From a bacterium (GTDB lineage: Bacteria; 4484-113; JAGGVC01), in the NCBI GenBank assembly GCA_021158185.1, contig JAGGVC010000056.1, positions 714 to 64,713 of the forward strand: a stretch of 64,000 nucleotides of DNA. Direction: 5' to 3'. The notes below the pieces were generated by a model. The model made no database searches. It saw only the letters and a list, made by a program, of their open reading frames with translations, and was not told where the DNA came from. Positions within the stretch are counted from its first letter, which is position 1, and each line of letters opens with the position of its first letter. A program made the position numbers and the translations under genes. Positions 38,348 through 47,133 of this stretch are shown piece by piece.

Positions 38348-39472
38348 ATGGAGCTTAAGAAAGTTGATTTCAGCGAGCTTATCTATCCAGACCTGAATTT
38401 CAAGGTCAGCGTCCCTACCGGCTGGATTCCGCTGAACAAGCAGACCGATACGCCGGGATCGCTTTTCAACAACCTATGGAGTTCATCCGATCCGGGATTT
38501 CTCTATGTAAATTTATCGCTTACCGTCTACCCGCTTGGTGACGGCAGTCAGGAAGCTTATTTTCTTGAACACAAGAAGCTGTATGAAAGAGAAGCGAGCA
38601 TCGAGATTGTCGATTCAGGGAAACTCAAGGACTACAAACAGGGCTATAGCTTCATCCGCATTAGAACGATGCGCGACCCCGTTATGTGCATCGGCGTTGT
38701 CGCATTTCTCTCATTCGGCAAGTACTGCTACATCCTCCAGTTCGTCGCGCCTGAAGAAATATTCGAAAATGTACGCCCGATGATGGATTACTTCTTCGGC
38801 AACTTCGAAGAATACAGATCCGAGGGCTACCCTCCGCCGGTACGCCCCGAATCCGGCACAAAGGACGCTCTCGACGGCTGGATCATCGCTGCGAGCCCTA
38901 TGCTCCTCGGCGAGGATTCGATCCCCGCGCTTGCATACGTAAACGAGGAGCACGGTTTCAGCTTTATCGTTCCCGTGGATTCAAGGTTCGTTACGCCGAA
39001 AGGCAACGCGCTCTGGTCGGCGATCGTTAACCTGCCTTTCAAGGGTAATGACCGCCAGGCTACGTTCTTCATCCAGGTTCTTCCCGGCCAGGAAAAAACC
39101 TCGGCAATCTTCATGGACGATATCGAAACCAGGCTTTTGGAAGAAAGAGGCGGTTCAAGGGAAAAACGGGTTTCGCTTATGGCGCAGTACGGCGGAATAG
39201 AGCACCTTTGCTCGGTGTATATCCATAATGATACGACAGTTAAAAGCTACGTCTGGGCACACGTCCGTCCCGACCGCTCATTCGTCCTCGAATTGCTTAT
39301 TCCCGAAGGCGTGGTTGCGCAACCTGAGGAGTTCGCATTGCTTTTGTGCAACGGCTTCAAAGTTTATGAACGTGAGTATGAAGACGCAGAAGGCGATGCG
39401 TCAAAACCTGGTGAAACAGACGACGATTCAAATGCTGAAGATAAGAGAGCATCAGATGCGGGCGATGAATAG
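38348..39472 (+). CDS. Hypothetical protein with an acidic C-terminal tail
   Basis: 374-aa ORF with a good SD. The two halves each start with a similar pattern (VSVPTGWIPL / FIVPVDSRFV). No family was recognised. Confidence 0.5.
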   Translation: MELKKVDFSELIYPDLNFKVSVPTGWIPLNKQTDTPGSLFNNLWSSSDPGFLYVNLSLTVYPLGDGSQEAYFLEHKKLYEREASIEIVDSGKLKDYKQGYSFIRIRTMRDPVMCIGVVAFLSFGKYCYILQFVAPEEIFENVRPMMDYFFGNFEEYRSEGYPPPVRPESGTKDALDGWIIAASPMLLGEDSIPALAYVNEEHGFSFIVPVDSRFVTPKGNALWSAIVNLPFKGNDRQATFFIQVLPGQEKTSAIFMDDIETRLLEERGGSREKRVSLMAQYGGIEHLCSVYIHNDTTVKSYVWAHVRPDRSFVLELLIPEGVVAQPEEFALLLCNGFKVYEREYEDAEGDASKPGETDDDSNAEDKRASDAGDE

Positions 39473-39531
39473 CTGGATCGTTCATCAGTAACTGCGCGTT
39501 TCCCCTTTATCATCAGACAGATTGCAGTGAA

Positions 39532-40497
39532 TCATTCACGCTTCGCGGTGATAATGGAAAGGAGAATTTCCTCGCCGGTATCGACGTATTTTCCCCACGT
39601 GTAGATGTAGTAAATCCCCGGCTGCCACCCGTACTCGAACGTTATGTCGCCGCTTACGATTCCCGCTTCACGATCGTAATCGAGAACTGCTCTCTTGAGC
39701 GCGCCGGGAAGCACGACATTCGAGGCACCTTCCTCGATATACAGCGCGATGTAATCTTCCGGCAGGCTGTATCCAGTGTTCTCGTTTAGCCAGTCTGCGG
39801 TTCTTGCCTGCGGAGCATCGCGCCTTGAAATCAATATTTCACTGAACCTGATTCGTTCCGGATCGAATGCGAGCAGATATTCGGCGTCATCGCCATCCTT
39901 CAAAGTGGTTTCGGACAAACCCGCGGCATAGGCATGGCGATCTATGAACATCTCGACGCCGTACATCGTGGATGTCTTCTCGTCGTACTGAAAGCCGATA
40001 CCGACATGCGTATGACCTTCCGACATCATGTTTTCGCGATGCCCCGGGCTTTTAAGCCAGCGCTCGTGCATATCCCTGATGGACTCGGAATCGAGTGAAT
40101 CGTCACCCTTGCGTCGCCACGCGTTTTCGTACGCAGGCTCCCAGCCGCCCGCGGCGCTGTACCGCTCAACAGGATTTAATCCGCTCATATCCAGATGTGA
40201 AAGATAACCGTACTCGGCCATTTCGTCGGCATGAGCCTGCGCGGCCGATGTTGCGATGGGATCGAGCGAAACCTCCGCAAGCCCGGCGGATCGGCGCGTT
40301 TCGTTGATCTCGGCCACGAGTAGATTGCGTGCGAGCAAAAGGTTCAGCCCCGGCGGTGTGCCCGGCCGACTGTCGAAATCGTTCGGTTCGTTTGTCGTGT
40401 TCGCACGGCAGGCTGCAACAACAGCCAGCAATCCGAATACAAGAACAATGGCCTGTATTCTCCGCAGGAACACGGCAGTCATACGAAAAGTATCCAT
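39532..40497 (-). CDS. Secreted CAP/SCP (PR-1-like) domain protein
   Basis: Signal/TM helix AIVLVFGLLAVVAA. CAP-domain segments EINETRRSAGL...AQAHADEMAEYGYLSH...SPGHRENMMSEGHTHVGIG. Confidence 0.75.
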   Translation of the reverse strand: MDTFRMTAVFLRRIQAIVLVFGLLAVVAACRANTTNEPNDFDSRPGTPPGLNLLLARNLLVAEINETRRSAGLAEVSLDPIATSAAQAHADEMAEYGYLSHLDMSGLNPVERYSAAGGWEPAYENAWRRKGDDSLDSESIRDMHERWLKSPGHRENMMSEGHTHVGIGFQYDEKTSTMYGVEMFIDRHAYAAGLSETTLKDGDDAEYLLAFDPERIRFSEILISRRDAPQARTADWLNENTGYSLPEDYIALYIEEGASNVVLPGALKRAVLDYDREAGIVSGDITFEYGWQPGIYYIYTWGKYVDTGEEILLSIITAKRE

Positions 40498-40549
40498 AGG
40501 TAAGGAATAATACCCTTAATCGCAGTGTTTCTATCGGGGTAAGGGACAA

Positions 40550-41407
40550 TCAGCGTACGGGCTCGCCTTTCGCATCCAGAATGAGCGCTCGCTCGGCAAA
40601 AACCGGCAGTGAACCGAAATTCTGAACAAGGTGATTTACGATTTTCATAACCGGGAGCATCGCGGACACGCCTGCCGCGCCGTTTATAAACACTCGAACG
40701 ATTTTGCCCTTACGCCGTACATCAAGATTCGATGCAAGCGGGCGCACGTCCACAGGTGTCGAGCCGGGCTTCTTCTGAACGATCCACTCATCCGATTCAA
40801 GCCACGCCTGCGACGCTTCTGCATCGCGCAGATTCTCGTGCGAAAGCTCGATTCTGAACAGCGCGGATTCGACCACCTTTGAAACCGAAGACTCGCCTTC
40901 TTCGAGAACGCGCGCGGAAACGACGTGAATCAGCGGATGCGCGCGCGCCAAGAGCATATCGCGCGCGCGAAAAAGGCTATCATCGCGCACGCGCGCCGGA
41001 TACGGATTCCCCGGCCACCATTCCGGCAGTACTTCATCCTTCGTCCCGCCTGCGTCCTGCGCGTCATCACCATCCGTGTCTATCTGCCCCGGGTATGCGA
41101 CAGTCATCGTGGATTCGCGCATCTCGACATCGCCCGCGCCCGGAAAATCGCCGGACAGTTCGGGCTCGGAAAGCGGATCGAGGCTTATCAAGCCCACATC
41201 CACGACATCGGCGCCCGCGGTCAAGCCAACCGGCTTTGCAGGGCCGTATTTCAGCTTCGGATGCGGGTTGAATCCCTCGGTGAACCGGATATCGAGCCTT
41301 GCGCGCCTCAGCCAGCGTTCGAGCTCCCTCGTAATGTCGAGATGGCTTGCGAACCGAAGCGCTCCGCCGACCGAGTAAACAAGTCTTACTGAATACACCG
41401 GCTGCAT
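40550..41407 (-). CDS. DUF2344 (TIGR03936-type, radical-SAM-associated) family protein
   Basis: VRLVYSVGGALRFASHLDITRELERWLRRARLDIRFTEGFNPHPKLKYGPAKPVGL. Start set at ATG 41407; the track start 41557 runs into the intergenic repeat. Confidence 0.75.
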   Translation of the reverse strand: MQPVYSVRLVYSVGGALRFASHLDITRELERWLRRARLDIRFTEGFNPHPKLKYGPAKPVGLTAGADVVDVGLISLDPLSEPELSGDFPGAGDVEMRESTMTVAYPGQIDTDGDDAQDAGGTKDEVLPEWWPGNPYPARVRDDSLFRARDMLLARAHPLIHVVSARVLEEGESSVSKVVESALFRIELSHENLRDAEASQAWLESDEWIVQKKPGSTPVDVRPLASNLDVRRKGKIVRVFINGAAGVSAMLPVMKIVNHLVQNFGSLPVFAERALILDAKGEPVR

Positions 41408-41544
41408 TATATCGAGATTAAGCCGATCTTCCGCTCGAAATGCCGAAGCGTGCGTTATTGCGGATTGTTTCATACCGGCGCACAGGCGAATTTGATTCGT
41501 CGAATAGCCAATACGATACAGAGCTCGGATACTTATCCGGATGA

Positions 41545-41953
41545 TGAAATATTTCACAAGCGGCGGATGGAGAAAGGGAGCGTGATTTTAGGGGTGGGAG
41601 TAGAGCGGCAAACGTGGGGGCGTGAGATGGGGAAATGGAAGGTAGATGGGAAGCGCAGGATTCGCGGACGCAGGGCGCGGATTTTACACCCGCCCGTCGA
41701 TGAAGAATATGCAACGGCGTGTAATCGTCGTGCGGGATTCGCGCGGTAGGGGCGTGCGGCGGCACGCCCGTCTTTTGCAAGACGCGCCCAAGACTGGGCG
41801 CTGTACAGGATGGTTATGGTTGCCGTAAACGGCGCTGTTTATGAGACCGGGGTTGACGCTCGTCTTCATATGTAGCACAGGCTTCCAGCAAGGAGCACGA
41901 GCGTCTCGCTTGTGAACATTAAACGACACAGACGGGACGTCCGTGCTACGTTG
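41545..41953. repeat. Intergenic repeat family, full-length copy B (palindrome + GGA-rich tract + 5' module + hairpins + 3' module)
   Basis: Carries both the 5' portion shared with 28293-28490 and the 41673-41953 portion collinear with 24278-24550. Confidence 0.8.
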
Positions 41954-41983
41954 AGAGCGGCGCTCCACAATTGGCTTCAGGGA

Positions 41984-42454
41984 CTACGGGCCCAAATACG
42001 CATACTTGAGATCGCCGCTTAAGGAGTAAGTAATGTGCGGGTTATCTGATGAATCAAGCGCAATAGATGTAGTATTGCCCACCCATCCCGCGCTGTCCAC
42101 GGTTTCAATTATCCAACCAAGTACCACGAGCGTAAAAGGAAAACTGTCCTCGCCGTAATCATTGGTGACAGTCAGGCTCGCATCGTACGTTCCCGCTGAA
42201 CCGAGCGTAACAGTCGGCGATGCTTCAGTACTCGTATTCGGTGTCGCCCCTCCTCCGAAATCCCAGGCGTAAGTGAACGGCTCGGTGCCTGTAACCGTTG
42301 CACCGAACGTAACTTCAGCTCCTTCAACGCCGCTTTGTGGCTGAGCATCGGTGATATCCGGCGGTTCGGGAAAGTGCGCTTCTAACAGCAAGGGGTTTGT
42401 CATGAGCGATATGAATTGCCTGCATTCATCCGCGCAAAATCCCGCAGGCCGCAT
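41984..42454 (-). pseudogene. Truncated paralog of the PKD/beta-propeller lipoproteins (one PKD domain plus the start of the C-terminal region)
   Basis: GAEVTFGATVTGTEPFTYAWDFGGGATPNTSTEASPTVTLGSAGTYDASLTVTNDYGEDSFPFTL parallels the PKD units of 47134..50325 and 50662..53616. It has no signal peptide or dockerin part and stops early in the propeller-like region. Confidence 0.55.
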
Positions 42455-42475
42455 ATAGCGATCAGTTGTACTGGT

Positions 42476-43693
42476 TTATTTGATTACGTTGACCAGGTTG
42501 AAAATCGGCAGATAAAGCCCGACGACGATGATGCCTACAAGACCGCCGATGAAAACGATCATCGCAGGCTCGATCATGCTTGCAAGAGCACGAATTGTGG
42601 AATCGATCTCGCTGTCGTAATAGTCGGACAGCTTGTTAAGGATCTCTTCGAGGTTACCGGCTTCCTCGCCGACGCTTATCAAGTTCGTAACGATAGGCGG
42701 GAAAACCCTTGTGCGCTTCATCGGAGCGTTAAGGCTTTCACCCTCGCGGATGCGGTCGCGGGTGTACAAGATTGCATTTTTGATGACATCGTTCGTTGCA
42801 ACGTTTTTCGAAACCTCAAGAGCCTCGAGGATGGGTACGCCGCTTTCGTTGAGTGTTGCAAACGTGCGGGTGAAGCGCGTGATAGCGACCTTTCGTGCGA
42901 GCGGGCCGAAGAGCGGCAGCCTGAGAATGATCGGGTCGAGAAGCTTGTGCCCCCATTTGCTGTTCCTGAATTTCAGGAAACCGATGATGACAACGGGAAT
43001 TATAAGCAGGTAATACCAGTTCGTCAGAAGCCAGTCGCTGACCTCAAGCAGCTTTCTTGTAAGGAGCGGAAGCTGAGCCTGCCCGCCCGAGAAGTCATTG
43101 TAGAACGCCGCGAATTGCGGAACGATGTAAAGGAGCATAAACAGCGTGATTGCCACCGCGAAGATGGACACGACGATCGGGTAGACCATTGCGCTTTTCA
43201 CTTTGTTTTTCAGCTCGAGCTCTTTTTCATAGAACGCGGCTACTCGCTCAAGAATATTGTCGAGTGCACCACCGATTTCACCGGAGTGGATCATCGAGAC
43301 GAAGAACGTGGAAAACGCTCTCGGATGCTTCTTCATCGCGCTTGTCAGGGTCTCGCCGGATTGGATATCCGTCTTGACTCTGTGGAGGATATCCCGAAAA
43401 CTCTCGTTCTGAGTCTGTTCTTCGATCGTATCGAGCGTTTCGGAAATTGTTAGGCCTGCGTTGAGAAGCAGCGAAAACTGGCGGGAGAAGATCGTCAGCT
43501 CTTTCAGACCAACCTTAAAGAGCTTTTCAAACAGGGAAAAGGGATTGAAAGGACGCTTTCTCTCATGGATTCTCGTTACGAAAAAGCCCTCGTTCCGCAG
43601 GGCGTCGATAATCGCCTTTGGATTATCCGCCTCAACGGTGGAAGTTATCACCTTCCCCTGTGCATCCTTCGCTGAGTAAACAAAGGTCTTCAT
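42476..43693 (-). CDS. pilC: Type IV pilus assembly platform protein PilC (GspF family)
   Basis: Duplicated T2SS-F domains: FSRQFSLLLNAGLTISETL and FTRTFATLNESGVPILEAL. Three TM segments. Confidence 0.9.
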   Translation of the reverse strand: MKTFVYSAKDAQGKVITSTVEADNPKAIIDALRNEGFFVTRIHERKRPFNPFSLFEKLFKVGLKELTIFSRQFSLLLNAGLTISETLDTIEEQTQNESFRDILHRVKTDIQSGETLTSAMKKHPRAFSTFFVSMIHSGEIGGALDNILERVAAFYEKELELKNKVKSAMVYPIVVSIFAVAITLFMLLYIVPQFAAFYNDFSGGQAQLPLLTRKLLEVSDWLLTNWYYLLIIPVVIIGFLKFRNSKWGHKLLDPIILRLPLFGPLARKVAITRFTRTFATLNESGVPILEALEVSKNVATNDVIKNAILYTRDRIREGESLNAPMKRTRVFPPIVTNLISVGEEAGNLEEILNKLSDYYDSEIDSTIRALASMIEPAMIVFIGGLVGIIVVGLYLPIFNLVNVIK

Positions 43694-43873
43694 AATAAAC
43701 CATCTCCTTGATCAGTCTGGCTTTGGAATCGGGCTCCCGATCCACAAAGCCTTCCACGCAAGAACCTAAAGTTGCACCGAATATTAGACCGGAGCCATAT
43801 CAGTTTGTTCCGCCTCGCTACAACCAAAACAGGGCGTAGCATTGACGGTCCGGCTTGCTTGGAGGTTTGCAAT

Positions 43874-45037
43874 CTAAACACCTACACTTGCGCCGTCGAA
43901 GAACGATTCACCATCCTCGGAAGTGCCCTTGCCTGAGGCTCTACGCCTTGGACGTTCTGCTCCCTGTGCAGCGGCAGCACTGATAAGCCTCTGCAGATTC
44001 CCGACGTTTCCTGCATGCGCAAGCGCAGTTTCAAGGGTGATGAGCCTGTCGAGATAGCGGTCACGCAGATTCTGATCCATCGTCTGCATTCCGAGCTTCG
44101 CGTGCGTCATCATCGTTGAGTGAATCTGGAACTCCTTCTTCTCACGAATCAGGTTGCGGATAGCGGGAACGTTGAGCATAACCTCGAATGACGCCACGCG
44201 TCCTCCGCCCTCGGCGAGCGGGAGAAGTTGCTGGGAAAGAATGCACTGAAGCGAGTTTGCCAGCTGTGCTCGGATTTGATCCTGCCCTCCAGTCGGAAAC
44301 ACGTCAACGATACGGTCAATCGTGAGCGGCGCGTTGTTCGTGTGAAGCGTAGCGAAGACGAGGTGGCCAGTCTCGGCAGCTGTAATCGCGGTGCTTATCG
44401 TTTCGAGGTCGCGCATCTCGCCTACGAGAATCACGTCCGGGTCCTGGCGCAGTACCCGTTTCAGCGCACCTGCGAATGAAAGAGTATCACTACCGATTTC
44501 GCGCTGATTCACGTTGCATTTCTTATGCTGGTGCACGTACTCGATGGGGTCTTCCATCGTAACGATGTGGAGGTCCTTCGTTTCATTGATGACGTTGATC
44601 ATCGAGGCAAGCGATGTGCTTTTGCCGCTCCCCGTCGGTCCAGTTACGAGAACCAGTCCGCGGGGCATCATGATGACTTCCTTCATCACTTCAGGAAGAA
44701 GCAGCTCTTCCATCGTCGGAATCTTCTCCGAAATGGCACGCATAACCAGCCCGACCGATTCACGCTGCCAGAACATGTTACAGCGGAACCGTCCGATTCC
44801 TTTCTGACTGTATCCAAAGTCGAGCTCGCGCTCCACCTCGAATTTCTTGCGCTGATCTTCGCGAATCATGCTGAACGCTATGCTCCGCGTGTCTTCAGGC
44901 GTCATCGGCTTGTAGTCCAGCCTGACAAGGTGACCATGAATCCTAAGGGACGCCGGTACTCCCGCTGTGATATGAAGGTCGCTCGCGGAGTGCTCGACCA
45001 GCTGCACCAGAAGATCCAGAATTGTAATATCAGTCAT
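43874..45037 (-). CDS. pilT: Type IV pilus retraction ATPase PilT with a C-terminal extension
   Basis: ASDLHITAGVPASLRIHG; Walker A GPTGSGKST; ILVGEMRDLETI; GHLVFATLHTN. The ATG at 45037 is preceded by GAGGGGAG; the track start is 45112. Confidence 0.9.
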   Translation of the reverse strand: MTDITILDLLVQLVEHSASDLHITAGVPASLRIHGHLVRLDYKPMTPEDTRSIAFSMIREDQRKKFEVERELDFGYSQKGIGRFRCNMFWQRESVGLVMRAISEKIPTMEELLLPEVMKEVIMMPRGLVLVTGPTGSGKSTSLASMINVINETKDLHIVTMEDPIEYVHQHKKCNVNQREIGSDTLSFAGALKRVLRQDPDVILVGEMRDLETISTAITAAETGHLVFATLHTNNAPLTIDRIVDVFPTGGQDQIRAQLANSLQCILSQQLLPLAEGGGRVASFEVMLNVPAIRNLIREKKEFQIHSTMMTHAKLGMQTMDQNLRDRYLDRLITLETALAHAGNVGNLQRLISAAAAQGAERPRRRASGKGTSEDGESFFDGASVGV

Positions 45038-45152
45038 ATACTCCCCTCGCTTGAGCGTATATTGTGCCTTCGGAATGCACCGAAAATCACCGCTCGCTTG
45101 AACATACATCAAGCATGCTCATACCCCAATGCAACAAATGCTGGGGCAAAGA

Positions 45153-46955
45153 TTAAATGTTCGTTTCGACTTCGGCAAGTTTGGGTGCGGCTTCGCGTAG
45201 CTTGCCTGCACGATCCGTGGTTGGCTCGAAACCTTCCTCTCCTGCCTGCTCGTAGTCGGGCCTGGCAACGCGGAGGAGTTCCTCCATACTTGTTTCGCCC
45301 TTCAAAACCTTCTTGATTCCGCTCTCGAACAACGTCTGCATTCCTTCCTGACGGGCGAGATTCTTTATGGCATGGATACCGGTTTCGCGGACAATTAGCT
45401 CGCGCAACTTGTTGGACATACGGAATATCTCGAAGATACCGGCTCTACCCCTGTAGCCGACATGGTTGCAGAATTTGCATCCGCGTGCCTTATAAATGAT
45501 CGGAGCCTTGTCGAGTGTACTGAGATCGTAGGCAGAAGAGATGATTTCAAGTTCCTCTTCACTTGGTTCGTAGCTCTTCTTGCACTGAGGGCAGAGCTTC
45601 CTTGTAAGACGCTGGGCCATTATGCCGCTTACCGTGGCGTTGATCAGATACGGTGGAACTTCCATATTCACAAGTCGCGGAATTGCACCCGGCGCGTCGT
45701 TAGTATGGAGAGTGGAAAACACCAAGTGCCCGGTGAGGGCAGCTTGTACGGCAAGGTCTGCCGTTTCGGGGTCGCGAATCTCGCCGACCATAATGATGTC
45801 GGGGTCCTGACGCATTATTGTTCTCAAACCGGATGCAAAGGTAAGCCCGACCTTTCTGTTCACGTGCACCTGGTTGATCTTCGGAAGCAGGTACTCGACG
45901 GGATCCTCCATCGTAACTACGTTATTAGTCTCGTTGGCGATCTTGTCGAGTGCAGCAACGAGTGTCGTGGATTTGCCGCTACCGGTGGGCCCGGTAACGA
46001 GGATAATCCCGTGCGGCTGCTCTACCATTTCCTCGAAAACGGGCAGTTCATCCTCGTCGAACCCGAGGTCCTGGAGCGTCAGGAGAGCGGAACTCTTGTT
46101 GAGAAGACGCATCACGATCTTCTCACCGAACACCGTCGGCAACGTCGAAAAACGGATATCAATCTCGTTTTCCCTTATTTTTACGCTGATACGGCCGTCC
46201 TGAGGCATCCTGCGCTCGCTCGTATCGAGTCGGGCAAGAATCTTGAGGCGCGCGGTAACGGCAGGAATAGCGTTCCTGGGTACAGTGAGTATCCTCTGGA
46301 GCATGCCGTCAACACGGTAGCGAACCTCCATTTTGTCTTCCTTGGGTTCGAGGTGGATGTCTGATGCCTTGTAGTCTACTGCGCCGTTCAGGATTGTTTC
46401 GACAAGCTTGACGATGGGCGCCTGCTCAACTTCCGAAAGAGTCTGTTTGTCAAGTATAGTATCGTCAATAATGAAGCCCTTGTTGATCTGATCCTGCTTG
46501 AATAATTCGAGGGATTTCTCCGCTTCGTGCGAGACTCCGAAAAGCTTGTCGAAAGCGAACTTGAGCGCGTGTGGGCTCGCAATGCGCGGTGAAACTTCAA
46601 AGCCCGTAGACAGACGGATATCGTCGATCGCGAGAAGGTTGAGCGGATCGACCATAGCAACCAGAAGATTAGAGCCTTCTATCTTGATTGGAAATGCCTG
46701 GTGGCGCTGAATCATATCAGGTGAAATTAGCTTTGCAGCATCAAGGTCAATTTGCGCTTCATAAAGGTCTATCTTTTCAATGCCGAGCTGCTTTGCAAGA
46801 GCATCCATCACCTCTTCTTCGACGGCAAGCTGCATCTCGATGATAACCTCACCGAGTCTCTTGCCCGAATCCTTCTGCTCCTCAAGAGCATCCTGTAGCT
46901 TGTCAAGGGAAAGCACTCCCTCGTCGACAAGCATATCGCCTAATTTTTTTTGCAT
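45153..46955 (-). CDS. pilB: Type IV pilus assembly ATPase PilB (GspE family)
   Basis: N-terminal T2SSE_N-type domain. Walker A GPTGSGKST; IMVGEIRDPETA; tetra-Cys motif CPQC...CKFC. Confidence 0.9.
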   Translation of the reverse strand: MQKKLGDMLVDEGVLSLDKLQDALEEQKDSGKRLGEVIIEMQLAVEEEVMDALAKQLGIEKIDLYEAQIDLDAAKLISPDMIQRHQAFPIKIEGSNLLVAMVDPLNLLAIDDIRLSTGFEVSPRIASPHALKFAFDKLFGVSHEAEKSLELFKQDQINKGFIIDDTILDKQTLSEVEQAPIVKLVETILNGAVDYKASDIHLEPKEDKMEVRYRVDGMLQRILTVPRNAIPAVTARLKILARLDTSERRMPQDGRISVKIRENEIDIRFSTLPTVFGEKIVMRLLNKSSALLTLQDLGFDEDELPVFEEMVEQPHGIILVTGPTGSGKSTTLVAALDKIANETNNVVTMEDPVEYLLPKINQVHVNRKVGLTFASGLRTIMRQDPDIIMVGEIRDPETADLAVQAALTGHLVFSTLHTNDAPGAIPRLVNMEVPPYLINATVSGIMAQRLTRKLCPQCKKSYEPSEEELEIISSAYDLSTLDKAPIIYKARGCKFCNHVGYRGRAGIFEIFRMSNKLRELIVRETGIHAIKNLARQEGMQTLFESGIKKVLKGETSMEELLRVARPDYEQAGEEGFEPTTDRAGKLREAAPKLAEVETNI

Positions 46956-47133
46956 CGGTTACACTCTCCTAACCTCCACCCTTAAGCCTGAAAAGGATAA
47001 CATGTTAGCTCGGCAGTGTCAATTTAACAATGTGAAACCCGATGTAAGATTGCTTTGAATTGAAATCGGCAGGTGCGGTGTTTATCTCGATTTCACGTTA
47101 TAATATGGCGGATACTAATTTTGGGAGGTTGAT

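Noticed and set aside
40550-41557. N-terminal 50 aa of the track ORF for the DUF2344 gene (MKYFIIRISIRALYRIGY...)
   Set aside because: Family homology begins at MQPVYSVRLVYSVGG (ATG at 41407). The extension is read out of the intergenic repeat, and its ATG sits inside the TGAAATATTTCA palindrome.
41646-41828. 60-aa ORF within repeat copy B (and the 94-aa minus-strand ORFs 24240..24524 and 41684..41968)
   Set aside because: The reading frames are not conserved between the two repeat copies; in copy A the plus-strand frame stops after four codons. The shared peptide strings (FNVHKRDAR.PCWKPVLH) only reflect nucleotide identity of the 3' module.
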